A DNA stretch of 64,000 bases from Octopus bimaculoides. Taxonomy: Eukaryota. Location: contig NC_068981.1 of the NCBI RefSeq assembly GCF_001194135.2, positions 37,172,919-37,236,918 on the forward strand. Reading direction: 5' to 3'. The position numbers were made by a program, and so were the translations under genes. The notes under the pieces are model-generated. The model saw only the letters and a list, made by a program, of their open reading frames with translations, did not search any database and was not told the origin of the DNA. This document shows, one piece after another, positions 40,271 to 50,799 of this stretch; the first letter of the stretch is position 1; each line of letters begins with the position of its first letter.

Positions 40271-41414
40271 TCTATGATCATTCTCACCATTGTAAATGTG
40301 TGAATGTGTGATTGATCCCTTGGAAATCAGTAATTGTGGATGTTAATGTTCACAGCTTGCATTGTAATACAAATAAGTACTTTTAGCAAAAAGACATAAA
40401 AATAGCTGTTGGGCTAAGTGACTGGAACACTGACATTAGTTTTTCTAAAACTGTTATCTATCATACTGAGCGAGTTATATATAAAGCTTCTTTCCAATGT
40501 ATACCCTTATGACAAGAGAAGTTTCTTTACTTGATAGTTTGATATCAGAAAAAAACATTTAATTCCATCATTTCAGTTACTAAGAGATATTAACATAAAA
40601 TACTTAAATTGTTTTCACTGGAATTTATACTTATTTCTAACTTCCTTGTTCTGCCATTATGGATCTATATCAGATCTATACTAATAGCTTTCTTTCTTTC
40701 TAATTAGTAATAACAATTTTAATTTATAATTCATTATTGTTGTTAAAATATAACATCTAAATTGATTTTTATCCACTTCAGCTACAATGATAAAGGATAG
40801 ACACGTGATGGATTTTCTATAATATTACACTGATGGACATTATTTTTGTTCTGCTTAAGTAATTTTGCATCATTAGTGATGCTTTAGAGATACTTGAAGT
40901 AAATTAATAATGTATGAACAATTAATAATTACTAATTTAGGAATGAAGAATATTACAATCTGTCAGATTTATGTTACATACACAGCAAACTTTTGTTTCA
41001 TCTTAACTTGACATGTTCTGTTTTGTATGTTATATATATTTATTACATGTAAAAGTGACAGCAAGGAAGAAGAAATTTACTCTTGCTAAGATTTTATATA
41101 ACAGTGGGAAAGGGATCTGTTTTCAAATTACAAAATCAAGGAAAGACAGTAGAAAGTTGTTCATAAGCCTTAAACAACAAATACCTCTTTTTGACATTGT
41201 GTTTCGAGGGCTAGAAATATTCTTACATTCTTTTACTGATTTTGAACATTGGTCTGTTGCCATGCTGAGTACTGCCATCAAGGATTTTAGTTGATCATAT
41301 AAACTATTTATTTAAGTGTGGCACTTGTTTTATTGATCTTTATTAAATTAGTAAACTTTTACATTTTGGCATAAATGGGAGTAAGTCAACATACCAATTG
41401 ATAACACTATACAG

Positions 41415-41625
41415 AAACACCACCACCACTATCAAACATCCATCCATGTTCCATACTGGCATGGGTTGAACAGATCAACAGGATCTGATTGGTTCAAAGC
41501 AGCATTATGCTCTAGTGTATACTTTAGCATGGTTGCTAGGGGTGGACGTCTTTCTTAATGCCAGCCACTTTACAGCATTTACTGGGTGCTTTTTCAGACC
41601 ACCAGTACTAGTGAGGTCAACAAAC
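41415..41625 (-). mobile_element. Dispersed SINE/LINE 3'-end repeat (same family as 36640-36870)
   Basis: See 36640-36870. Confidence 0.6.
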
Positions 41626-41814
41626 AGCTTACAAGACTATGAAACCCAAGGGTTATATGTGTATATATGAATAATATGGGTGGCTAATTTGCAATTTTAC
41701 AACCTAAAAGCAGAAATATATACACTGTTGCAAAATTGTGAATTAGCAACTCATAAAATTTATATATGTATATATATAAATTTATATATGTATATATATA
41801 TATATAAGTATATA

Positions 41815-42030
41815 TATGAGACGCCATGATTAATCGCTGACCAAACACCATTCAATTTTTTTTCTCCGTGCTTTTCTCCTTGTTTTCTCCGTATTCTTTT
41901 TGTTGAAGAGCGTAGCTTGAAACGTTAAAGACTTTCTGTATTCCCGAGCGTCAAACTAATACATCCTTTTGTTGTTTACACCACCTGTCCTCGTCTGTTG
42001 TTGTTTTTTTTTCGTACATTCTCCTATATA
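41815..42030 (+). mobile_element. Solo 3' end of the PLE-B family, embedded in (TA)n
   Basis: TTGTTGAAGAGCGTAGCTTGAAACGTTAAAGACTTT...CGAGCGTCAAACTAATACA...ACACC.CCTGTC is homologous to the reverse complement of 46040-46200. Confidence 0.78.
41895..41932 (+). ncRNA. Minimal type I hammerhead-like motif (variant core)
   Basis: TCTTT | TTGTTGA A | GAGC GTA GCTT | GAAAC GTT | AAAGA: stem I 5 bp, stem II 4 bp, palindromic AACGTT stem III. C3 and A6 are both replaced by U. Confidence 0.45.
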
Positions 42031-42033
42031 TAT

Positions 42034-42541
42034 NNNNNNNNNNNNNNNNNNNNNNNNNNNNNNNNNNNNNNNNNNNNNNNNNNNNNNNNNNNNNNNNNNN
42101 NNNNNNNNNNNNNNNNNNNNNNNNNNNNNNNNNNNNNNNNNNNNNNNNNNNNNNNNNNNNNNNNNNNNNNNNNNNNNNNNNNNNNNNNNNNNNNNNNNNN
42201 NNNNNNNNNNNNNNNNNNNNNNNNNNNNNNNNNNNNNNNNNNNNNNNNNNNNNNNNNNNNNNNNNNNNNNNNNNNNNNNNNNNNNNNNNNNNNNNNNNNN
42301 NNNNNNNNNNNNNNNNNNNNNNNNNNNNNNNNNNNNNNNNNNNNNNNNNNNNNNNNNNNNNNNNNNNNNNNNNNNNNNNNNNNNNNNNNNNNNNNNNNNN
42401 NNNNNNNNNNNNNNNNNNNNNNNNNNNNNNNNNNNNNNNNNNNNNNNNNNNNNNNNNNNNNNNNNNNNNNNNNNNNNNNNNNNNNNNNNNNNNNNNNNNN
42501 NNNNNNNNNNNNNNNNNNNNNNNNNNNNNNNNNNNNNNNNN
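42034..42541. other. Assembly gap (N run) flanked by (TA)n
   Basis: Directly visible. Confidence 1.
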
Positions 42542-43623
42542 ATATATATATATATATATATATATAATGTATCTGTGTGTATCTTATATGTTTGCATATG
42601 TGTGTGTGTGTGTATGTGTGTGCATAGATTGTACTCTGTGTTTATTTGTATAATGTATTGAGTTATATGCAAAATCTTTGTCTAGTCAATCATTAGATTG
42701 TGAACTTATATACATATAGGTATATACACCAACCTGTACACACATAAACACACACAAATACACATGCACATGCACACACAATAAAAGGTGGGCAGTGTGA
42801 TCAAAACTGGGACCCCATAGTTCAAGGTGAACATCATAACCTTATTCCTGCATATAACATATGTGCAGGGATAAAGGCTACGCCAACACATATACCTACA
42901 TTTATTATTAAAATAATTGATAGTTTGTCTTTTAACCTTTATACATTGTTAGAACCTTTTAATAAGGAAAGTAGACATTTTGTTAGTATATTAATAATGT
43001 TAACTCTATAGATCCCCTCTAGGAATGCAAAGATTAATTTGATTTTGGTTGGATTTACAATGAAAAAAAAATTGTACAAGACATTGTAAAATGATACATT
43101 TTTACTCTACTACTATCTACCATGTGCCAACTAGAAAATATTGGTCTCCTTTTGTTCTTTCAATTGTTTCTTGAATAGTTTGTTTTGTTTTTTTTCTTTC
43201 TTTTGGCGCAACCAGAAAATATTGACATTAAAGTTATTGTAACACTTCCTAATTTCTTTTATAATGCTGAATGTTAGAAAATGAACAATGTGTTTCATTT
43301 GGAAAGCAATTAATTGAAGAAAACATAAACATCAAAATGATTAATTAACTTTCTGTTCCAGTGCACAGCGTTGTAAAAAAGATATGAGTCATCATTTACC
43401 GATTGTAGCTTGTCCCATAAAAAACAATATCAACTATACTGACCAAAGAATTGAAGTAGTAGATATGATCAAGAAATCTTCACTGTCACCCACATTATAA
43501 TGGCTGAAGTTAAAATCTGCAGTATTTTAGTTCTATAAGTCACTTTGTAAGTTCTGACTCAGGTAAGCTTAGATGAAAGTAAGAACTTCATACACTTTCT
43601 CAAACACTCAAATGCGCACATGC

Positions 43624-43667
<44 letters not shown>

Positions 43668-43717
43668 TTGTTCTTTTTTAAATTTAGAGTTAATTTTGAC
43701 CTAGCATCTGCTTGGTA

Positions 43718-43991
43718 GCAAATTTGTGAAGGAAAGCATCTTTTGCTCATCATCCTCTAGATCTTAAAGTCTTGCAGATTTTTTAGTCCCAGATACTGTT
43801 TATTTGTAGGTATGGATTAAGAGGCTGCATTCTCTCCCCAAACTTTACTCTGGTTGGGCTGGTTGCTCCAATAATAATAAGTATGAAGCTAAAGATGCAT
43901 CTTGGGTCCTGGATTTGCAAACATCTTATCTATAGTTCATAGATATCCTCTTCTGTATTTTTCTGATCACACTGGTGTCCAGAGGGCAACA
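43718..43991. repeat. Second copy of the 39383-39656 segment
   Basis: See 39383-39656. Confidence 0.92.
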
Positions 43992-44164
43992 CTTTTCTGT
44001 AACAGAGGATATATTTTTCATGTTGTGTCACACAACAGTATCTGGTCGGTTGTGTTTTAACTTGATGGCTAGTTTAATTTTCAAGTATTTTTTTGATACA
44101 TCAGTCTCGATATCTATTTGTGTATGTATGTATGTATGTATGTATGTATGTATGTATGCATGCA

Positions 44165-44335
44165 GCTTCTGGTGGTCCAAATAAGATATGCAGTCTATGT
44201 GGGTCTTTTGAATACATTGTCTGGTTTAAAAAGCCACATCAGATGCCATGATGGATCTAAGGTGTAAGTGCTCGAGGTAGTCAGACTTTGCATAAGGAGT
44301 AGACAACCACCATGTATGTATGTATGTATGTATAA
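44165..44335 (+). mobile_element. RTE LINE 3' terminus (C2H2 finger plus UTR) between (ATGT)n tracts
   Basis: ICSLCG..SGLKSHIRCH with one frameshift, then a stop and a short UTR ending in (ATGT)n. Confidence 0.6.
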
Positions 44336-45041
44336 TCAGTTGTCCATAAGTCAGAAATAAAAGTACACTCAATTTAAGTAATAATAATATGTATATTTAT
44401 ATATGGTCAGATGATGCATTAGTGGTTATGTCATATAATTGGTTGGAATATTACTGTCAGTTTCATACCAAATATTGCTACTAGTCATATTGATGAGACT
44501 TCAAACATGGTAATAGTCAGCATATAATCGATTTAGGTTCTAGAAACACATAGACTTTTGTTTAGCTTTGTGGTAACAAAAGGAAGTTGTTGAGCAAATA
44601 TTTTGGAGAAGAGGGATGAAGAACTAGAGTGAAATCAGAAGAATGGGAAGGTTATTCTTTATGCATGTTGGCTGTGTGAGTATCGTTCTCTAGTTAAAAG
44701 AGAGATATGACTACAATTTGCACTCATCAGGACAGCATCTGCAAATTTAACCTTTTGCATGTAGGTAAGTGCCTGATCACATGATTTGTTTTTAGAATGA
44801 ACCTCTGCTCTGCCAATCAGGGACTGCATGTCCTACTTCCATTAAGATGCAACCTAGATCAGTCCTAGTACATCCATTTGATGTTTCACAACGTTGCACC
44901 TTCTTTTAATCACCATATATATATAAGTATATGCTCGCTGTCACACTACTCTGTTAAATGTCTATTTGAAATGAATTCTTGTGAACAGTTTTACGACCTG
45001 AACAGGCCTTTTCCTTATTTCTTTTTTTATTTCTCTTTCTT

Positions 45042-45044
<3 letters not shown>

Positions 45045-45135
<91 letters not shown>
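45045..45135. repeat. (CT)n microsatellite
   Basis: Directly visible. Confidence 0.97.
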
Positions 45136-45136
<1 letters not shown>

Positions 45137-45355
45137 AATTTAAATTCCTTCACCATCTATCTGGCTTTTTTTCTGTCTGGGTTTTTACTGCCAGTCATAT
45201 GTACAATGTATATTAACATATGTATTCTGCTCATCTTTTGTGTATGCCTATGAAAAGTTATTTATAGAGGGTTCCATCATGCACCTATCTACATACATAC
45301 ATACATACATACATTATATACGTACATAAATATACACACACACACACACACACAG

Positions 45356-45396
<41 letters not shown>

Positions 45397-45754
45397 TATT
45401 TAAATCTACATATTTCTGGAAATGGTTTCTATCTCCCAAACTCTACACTCCATTTCTTATGTACTTTTATATTTTCGACAGTGATATTTCCTATATATAT
45501 ATAAATGCTTTCCCAAATAAACTTGCAGTGCATCTTAGAAGCTCCGATGAAGCTATTACGTGATGCAAAAGCACTCAGCTCTATGTTCTGAGTGCTTTGC
45601 TTCTTATAGCTATAAGCTAGTGAAGTTCATTACATAATTTCCTGTTCCCTTGTCATCCATTTATAATTAATATATGCATATGTGTGCACATGCGCAGATG
45701 TGTGTGTATATGAATGTGTGTGTGCGTGTGTGTGTGTGTGTGTGCAAAGGCACA

Positions 45755-46037
<283 letters not shown>

Positions 46038-46039
46038 GT

Positions 46040-48040
46040 TTAGCTGAAATTTATAGAAAATCAAAAGATGAAGACAGGTGTATGAACAACAAGCAAGTGT
46101 ATTAGGTTGACGCTCGAGAAAATGTAAAAAGTATTTTACGTTTCGAGCCTACACTCTTCAACAGAAAGGAATAAGAAGAAATAAACAGAGAGAGAGAATG
46201 AAAAAAAGGTGTAGAGTTCAACGGTCCAACATAGCGAGTGATTGGAAAAAGAGGATGGAAAAAGGGAGATAATAATAAAAAAGAGTTTGAATGAAGATGA
46301 GATAATAATAGTGCTAGTGATCCCAACAAGAGAAGGTGGTCATGCGTATGTGTGTATGTGAAAATGGTGTGTGTGAGTGTGTAAGTGTGAATAGGAGCAA
46401 GTGACTCTGACATGTGTGCGTGTGTAATGCATGCGCGTGTCTGTAACCAAACAGTGTGCATGTGTATGATGTATGTATATGGGTGAATGTTATCTTTGTC
46501 TATGCGTTTTTGCATGTGTATGTATATATTGTCTGTGTTCAGGTATTATGTACTTGTGTGGGTGTGGGACTGTTCATAATAGTATATGGTGTATGTACTG
46601 AGTTAAACAGTGTGTGGTTGCTCATATAGTGGTATGTGTGGTGACGCTATTGAAGATTGTGTGTGTGTGTGTGTGAATGATGGTGTGTGGTGTGGGTGCT
46701 GAGAAGTTGTCAGTGCTAGTGTATGTGGGGCCGTGTGGGATTGGTGTCAAATGAAGAGAGGAGGTGAGGTTAGTGTCAGATGAAAAGAGCTGTTGAGCCT
46801 ATGTGACTCAAAGGAGCGAAGAGAGAAGATTAATTCCTGTTCACGGCAAAGACGGGAGTCCGGATGGCCCCTGTGCAAAAGCAATCCAAACACAGGCAGG
46901 TGTTGTAATGAATGACCAGTAGAGCCGAAATGGCACGAGACCGGGGTGTCATTGCTGAGTCGGGTGTCTCAGAAGTGCTCTGCGAACCGATCAGCCAAGC
47001 GGTATCCCGTTTGACCGATGTAAGGGGAAGGACAGAGAGAGAGCAGGAGATGTAGTAAATGTCATTACTAGAAATGCAGGTAATGGAGTCGGTGATGTGA
47101 TAGGAACGATGATGGGTGATTGTGAGGATGGTGGTGTTGGAGAGGTAGGGACAGGTGCGACATTGTGGGTGGAGCAGGGGAACAAGCCAATCTGGAAGGT
47201 GGGGTTAGGGAAGAAACTGTGGACCGGGAGTTTACGCAGGTTATGGACTCATTAAGAAGGAAGTGGTAGGTTGGGGAAAAATGTGCGAGGTGGAGGAGTC
47301 GGACTGGAGTCGCTGGAAGGATCGGAGAATGGTGCATTGGAGGAGTAAGGTAGAGGCGTGGTAGGTGGGAAACGGGAGATGGGCAACGGTGGGGTGGGTG
47401 TGAGGAGAAACAGCAGAGGCACAGTCTACAGATCGTGCCCTGGCAAGAGCAGTGTTGATAGTAGTAAAGGTGTATCCACGTAGGATGAAGTGATGTGCCA
47501 TGAGTTGAGATTGAGTCTAAAAGTCATGGTTGTCACTGCAGAGCCTGCGCAGATGGAGGAATTGAGAGTAAGGTATGGAGAGCTCGGTGTGAGTGTGGTA
47601 GAAGTGTGACTCAGTGTGTTTGTAGTGGATGGAGGTAGTGAGAGCAGTGTGGTGTACGCTGACACAAATGTCTAGAAATTTGAGAGAATAGTTAGAGATA
47701 GTGTAGGAGAATTCGAGGATAGGATGGAAGGATTGGACAAAAGAGAGGGAGGAGTCTAGTTCGTGGAAGAGTGAGGTCGCGTCGATACAGCTATTGATAT
47801 AACGACCGTATAGTTCGGGAGTGAGAATTGTGAGAATATTAGGGTCTGAACGTAGCCAGCGAACAGATTCGCATAGATGGGGGCCCATTCTCGTTCCCAT
47901 GGCCATTCCCAAGAACTCTTGGTAAAAATACCCCGCGAACGAGAAGCAGTTGAGAGAGAAAACAAGTTTGGCCACATGAAGAAGTGTGGAGGTATCAAGT
48001 TGAGGGTCAGGCTGAAGGTCTAGAAAGTGTTTGAGCACAA
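46040..48040 (-). mobile_element. Penelope-like element B (RT plus C-terminal GIY-YIG endonuclease plus 3' UTR), 5'-truncated and pseudogenised
   Basis: FSLNCFSFAGYFYQEFLGMAMGTRMGP, YGRYIN, LKFLDICVS, TTSIHYKHT and SIPYSQFLHLRRLCSD (ORF 47517-48038). GIY-YIG region: ITCISSNDIYYISCSL...YIGQTGYRLADRFAEH (YIG at 47014-47022) and REQELIFSL...RLN. The CA-rich 3' UTR at 46040-46750 ends at a (TA)n tract. Confidence 0.92.
46131..46170 (-). ncRNA. Minimal type I hammerhead-like motif in the PLE-B 3' UTR
   Basis: CCTTT | CTGTTGA A | GAGT GTAG GCTC | GAAAC GTA | AAATAC. The core matches CUGANGA except for A6U, with an extra A after A9. Confidence 0.55.
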
Positions 48041-48128
48041 GAAGTCATTCTTTGCTTGAGATCACTGTATATAAACTTTTGATATCAAGAATAAACAGAA
48101 ATTTAGTGGGCCGAAGGAAAGGAGAAAG

Positions 48129-48199
<71 letters not shown>

Positions 48200-48217
<18 letters not shown>

Positions 48218-49870
48218 TAATCAATTCAGGTAAACAAGCAATTAAAAAACAACGTAAAAATATAAAAAAACACGAACGTTTGGATGTACACAAGAGATAT
48301 AGTAATTTAGTGCTCGATGAAGGGAAAGGATTGTTGCTAACATTTCGAGCATAGCTCTTGGTCATAAAATGGAAAGTCAAAAGAGAAAGAAGAAAAAATA
48401 AGGAAAAATCGCCATCAGTCCACGTACAGTTACATTTCTGAAGTGACCGGAAGTGGAAAGAGAAAGAGAAAGTCGTTTCTGGGACAGGATAGTGTGAAAG
48501 TGGTTGGTGTGTGCATGTGTGTGTGTTAGCGTGTGTGTGTAGTAGCATATGTATGTATAGTAGGGTGTGTGTGTATGGTAGTAACTGCATTTGTGTGTGT
48601 GCGGTAGCGTATGTGTGTGTGTGTGGTAGTAACTATGTATACGTGCGATGGTAACTCTGTGTATGTGTATGCGAGTATGTGTGGTAGGATCTGTGTGAAT
48701 GTATATGCTGCTCTGAAAGGTCGATCATAAGTCAACTATAGTGAAAGGTGTGTGAATGGGTGTGTGTGCATAGACGGTGTGGTTAATAGTGAGTGAGCGG
48801 CAGTTTGAAAGGTGTATGAAGGGGTGTGTATGTGGAAGTGTATGTACGTGTGTGTATATATATTTGCATGTGTGTGTGCATTATGTATGTGTGTTGCATG
48901 TGTGTGTGTGTGTTGTGTGTGTGCGTTATGTGTGCGTGTTGTGTGTGGAGGGCTGTGTGTGTGCATGCGTGTGTGTGTGGGTGCGTTGGTGTAGCTAAGT
49001 GTGTAGGTATTATGCATGCGGGTGTGCATGTGTGTGTGTGGGAGTGCATGTGTGTGTGTGTGGGGGAGTGTATGTGTGTGTGTGTGTGTGTGCGGGCATG
49101 CGGATTTGCGTGTGGTGTGTGGTAGGGTGTGAGTGCGGTGTTTGATAGGGTGTAATGGGTGTGTATGCGTGGGGGGGTAGGGTGTGCATGTGGTGTGTGA
49201 TAGGTTTTAAGGGGCAGGATGACAAAAGTGTATGTATGTTGGTGTTGTTATTAGTGTGTATATGTTTGTGGGTGTGGCCGTGCATTTGTATGAGGTATGT
49301 GTGGGTGTGTGTGTGTATATATGAGTGTGAGTGCGTGCGTATGAAGGTGTGTGTATGTGAAAAAATTAAAAATACAAGTTAAAAATTACATGAGAAAACA
49401 AAGGCATATAAAAATGAAGAAACAATACAAAATAAATAATAAAAAAATGAAATATAATGAAATATAACAAAATGAAAAAGATTATATAAATAAATCAGTA
49501 ACAGAAATAAATAAAAAATAAGCAAATAAAATAGAATAAAATGCTTTTTTAAAAATATGTGAGTGGAATGTCACTGAAAGGTGGGGGTTGCGTTTAGTCC
49601 GAAAGGAGTTTCAGTATGTAGAGTGAAAATGTAGTGCTGTTCCAGGCAGAGTCTAGAGCTGGTGAATTCATGGTGTAGGGCAAGGCCGAAGATGATGAGG
49701 TCTGAGGTGGAGTGGCCGGCTAGCGAAGATGACCCGCAACAGGGGTGTTTTGGTGGAATTTTGCATTAATTTCGAAGATATAGTATTCCTGCTCGTTTGT
49801 GTGGTTGAGCATTCGACAGATACTTGAGAAAACCAAAATAAACCACATGCTCGCACCATATATAACAACT
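48200..49870 (-). mobile_element. Penelope-like element C: GIY-YIG C-terminus plus long CA-rich 3' UTR
   Basis: 49570-49870 translates with frameshifts to NTPVAGHL, HSTSDLIIFGL and RLCLEQHYIFTLHTETPFGLN (cf. PLE RLxxEQxxIFxLxTLxPxGLN). A decayed hammerhead-like ATGACCA A GAGC TAT GCTC GAAA TGTT lies at 48335-48370. Confidence 0.75.
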
Positions 49871-49899
49871 TTTTATATGTTCACTATTCATACATATAT

Positions 49900-50050
49900 A
49901 TCAATTCCTAAAGTTTCCGTCTATCAACTTCACTCACAAGACATTGGTCAACCCGCTGTATAGCAGAAAACACCTAGCGAAGATATTGTGCAGTGGGATT
50001 GAAGCCACGTGCTTATGAAACGATTTTTTTTAACCAGATAGCCAAACCAG
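49900..50050 (-). mobile_element. SINE family B 5' half, antisense
   Basis: GTTTCCGTCTATCAACTTCACTCACAAGACATTGGTCAACCC..TATAGCAGAAAACAC..CAGTGGGATTGAA is the reverse complement of the family B pattern. Confidence 0.7.
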
Positions 50051-50504
50051 TCTGCAAAAGCAAATAGGTCAATAACCTTCTGCACACATTTTCCCCCAAC
50101 GGAATCTCCGTTATTTCACTTATACCGACATGCAGTTCAAATTATACCATATCTATGACCTTGAAGTCTTAGAAAATTAGCAAGCTTATTACTTTCAGCT
50201 TCTCCTCTTGCTAAATATACGTGACATCTACCTTCTCATCCTGCAGCTGGATATTGCTCCTCGCTGCTTCCATTCTTCCAGTCTTCCTGAGTTGGTCTTG
50301 TATCCATTATGGCTCTATCTATGGAAATACATACATGCATACGTACATACATATAACCATATATGTGTTTGTGTGTGTGTAATTTGTGTGTGACCATATA
50401 TATGCTTATGTTTATTTGTATGCATGCGTATATGTATGCATGCATTCATGCATGTATGTATATATATGTGTGTGTGTATGTATATATATATATATGTGAG
50501 TGTG

Positions 50505-50548
<44 letters not shown>

Positions 50549-50564
50549 TATATGTGGGTATGGG

Positions 50565-50770
50565 TCTTTCGTATTGCAAAGCAGTCTGTGGGAAACCAAA
50601 TCCAATAGAGAAAGCCTTTGACAGAGTGTCATACTCTGTGATATGGTGATCAATGAGGAATGTAGGGGTAAATGAGTGGCTTGTGAGAGCTATGTATGCC
50701 ATATGCCGAGGGGCAGTGAGGAAGGTGAGAGTCAGCAATGAGTTTAGCAATGAATCTAGTGTTTGGGTAA
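50565..50770 (+). mobile_element. RTE LINE RT fragment
   Basis: [39 protein letters not shown] matches the RT domain 3 region DLEKAFDRV...GVDEWLVR. Confidence 0.78.
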
Positions 50771-50799
50771 GTAAGACTAGTATTTCTCATGAAGCATAT

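Noticed and set aside
46969-46971. In-frame TGA in the PLE-B endonuclease as possible selenocysteine recoding (reported for some PLE groups)
   Set aside because: It falls at the Arg of the EHLRD-type motif and is most simply a CGA>TGA CpG decay. The element has other frameshifts, and I saw no SECIS.
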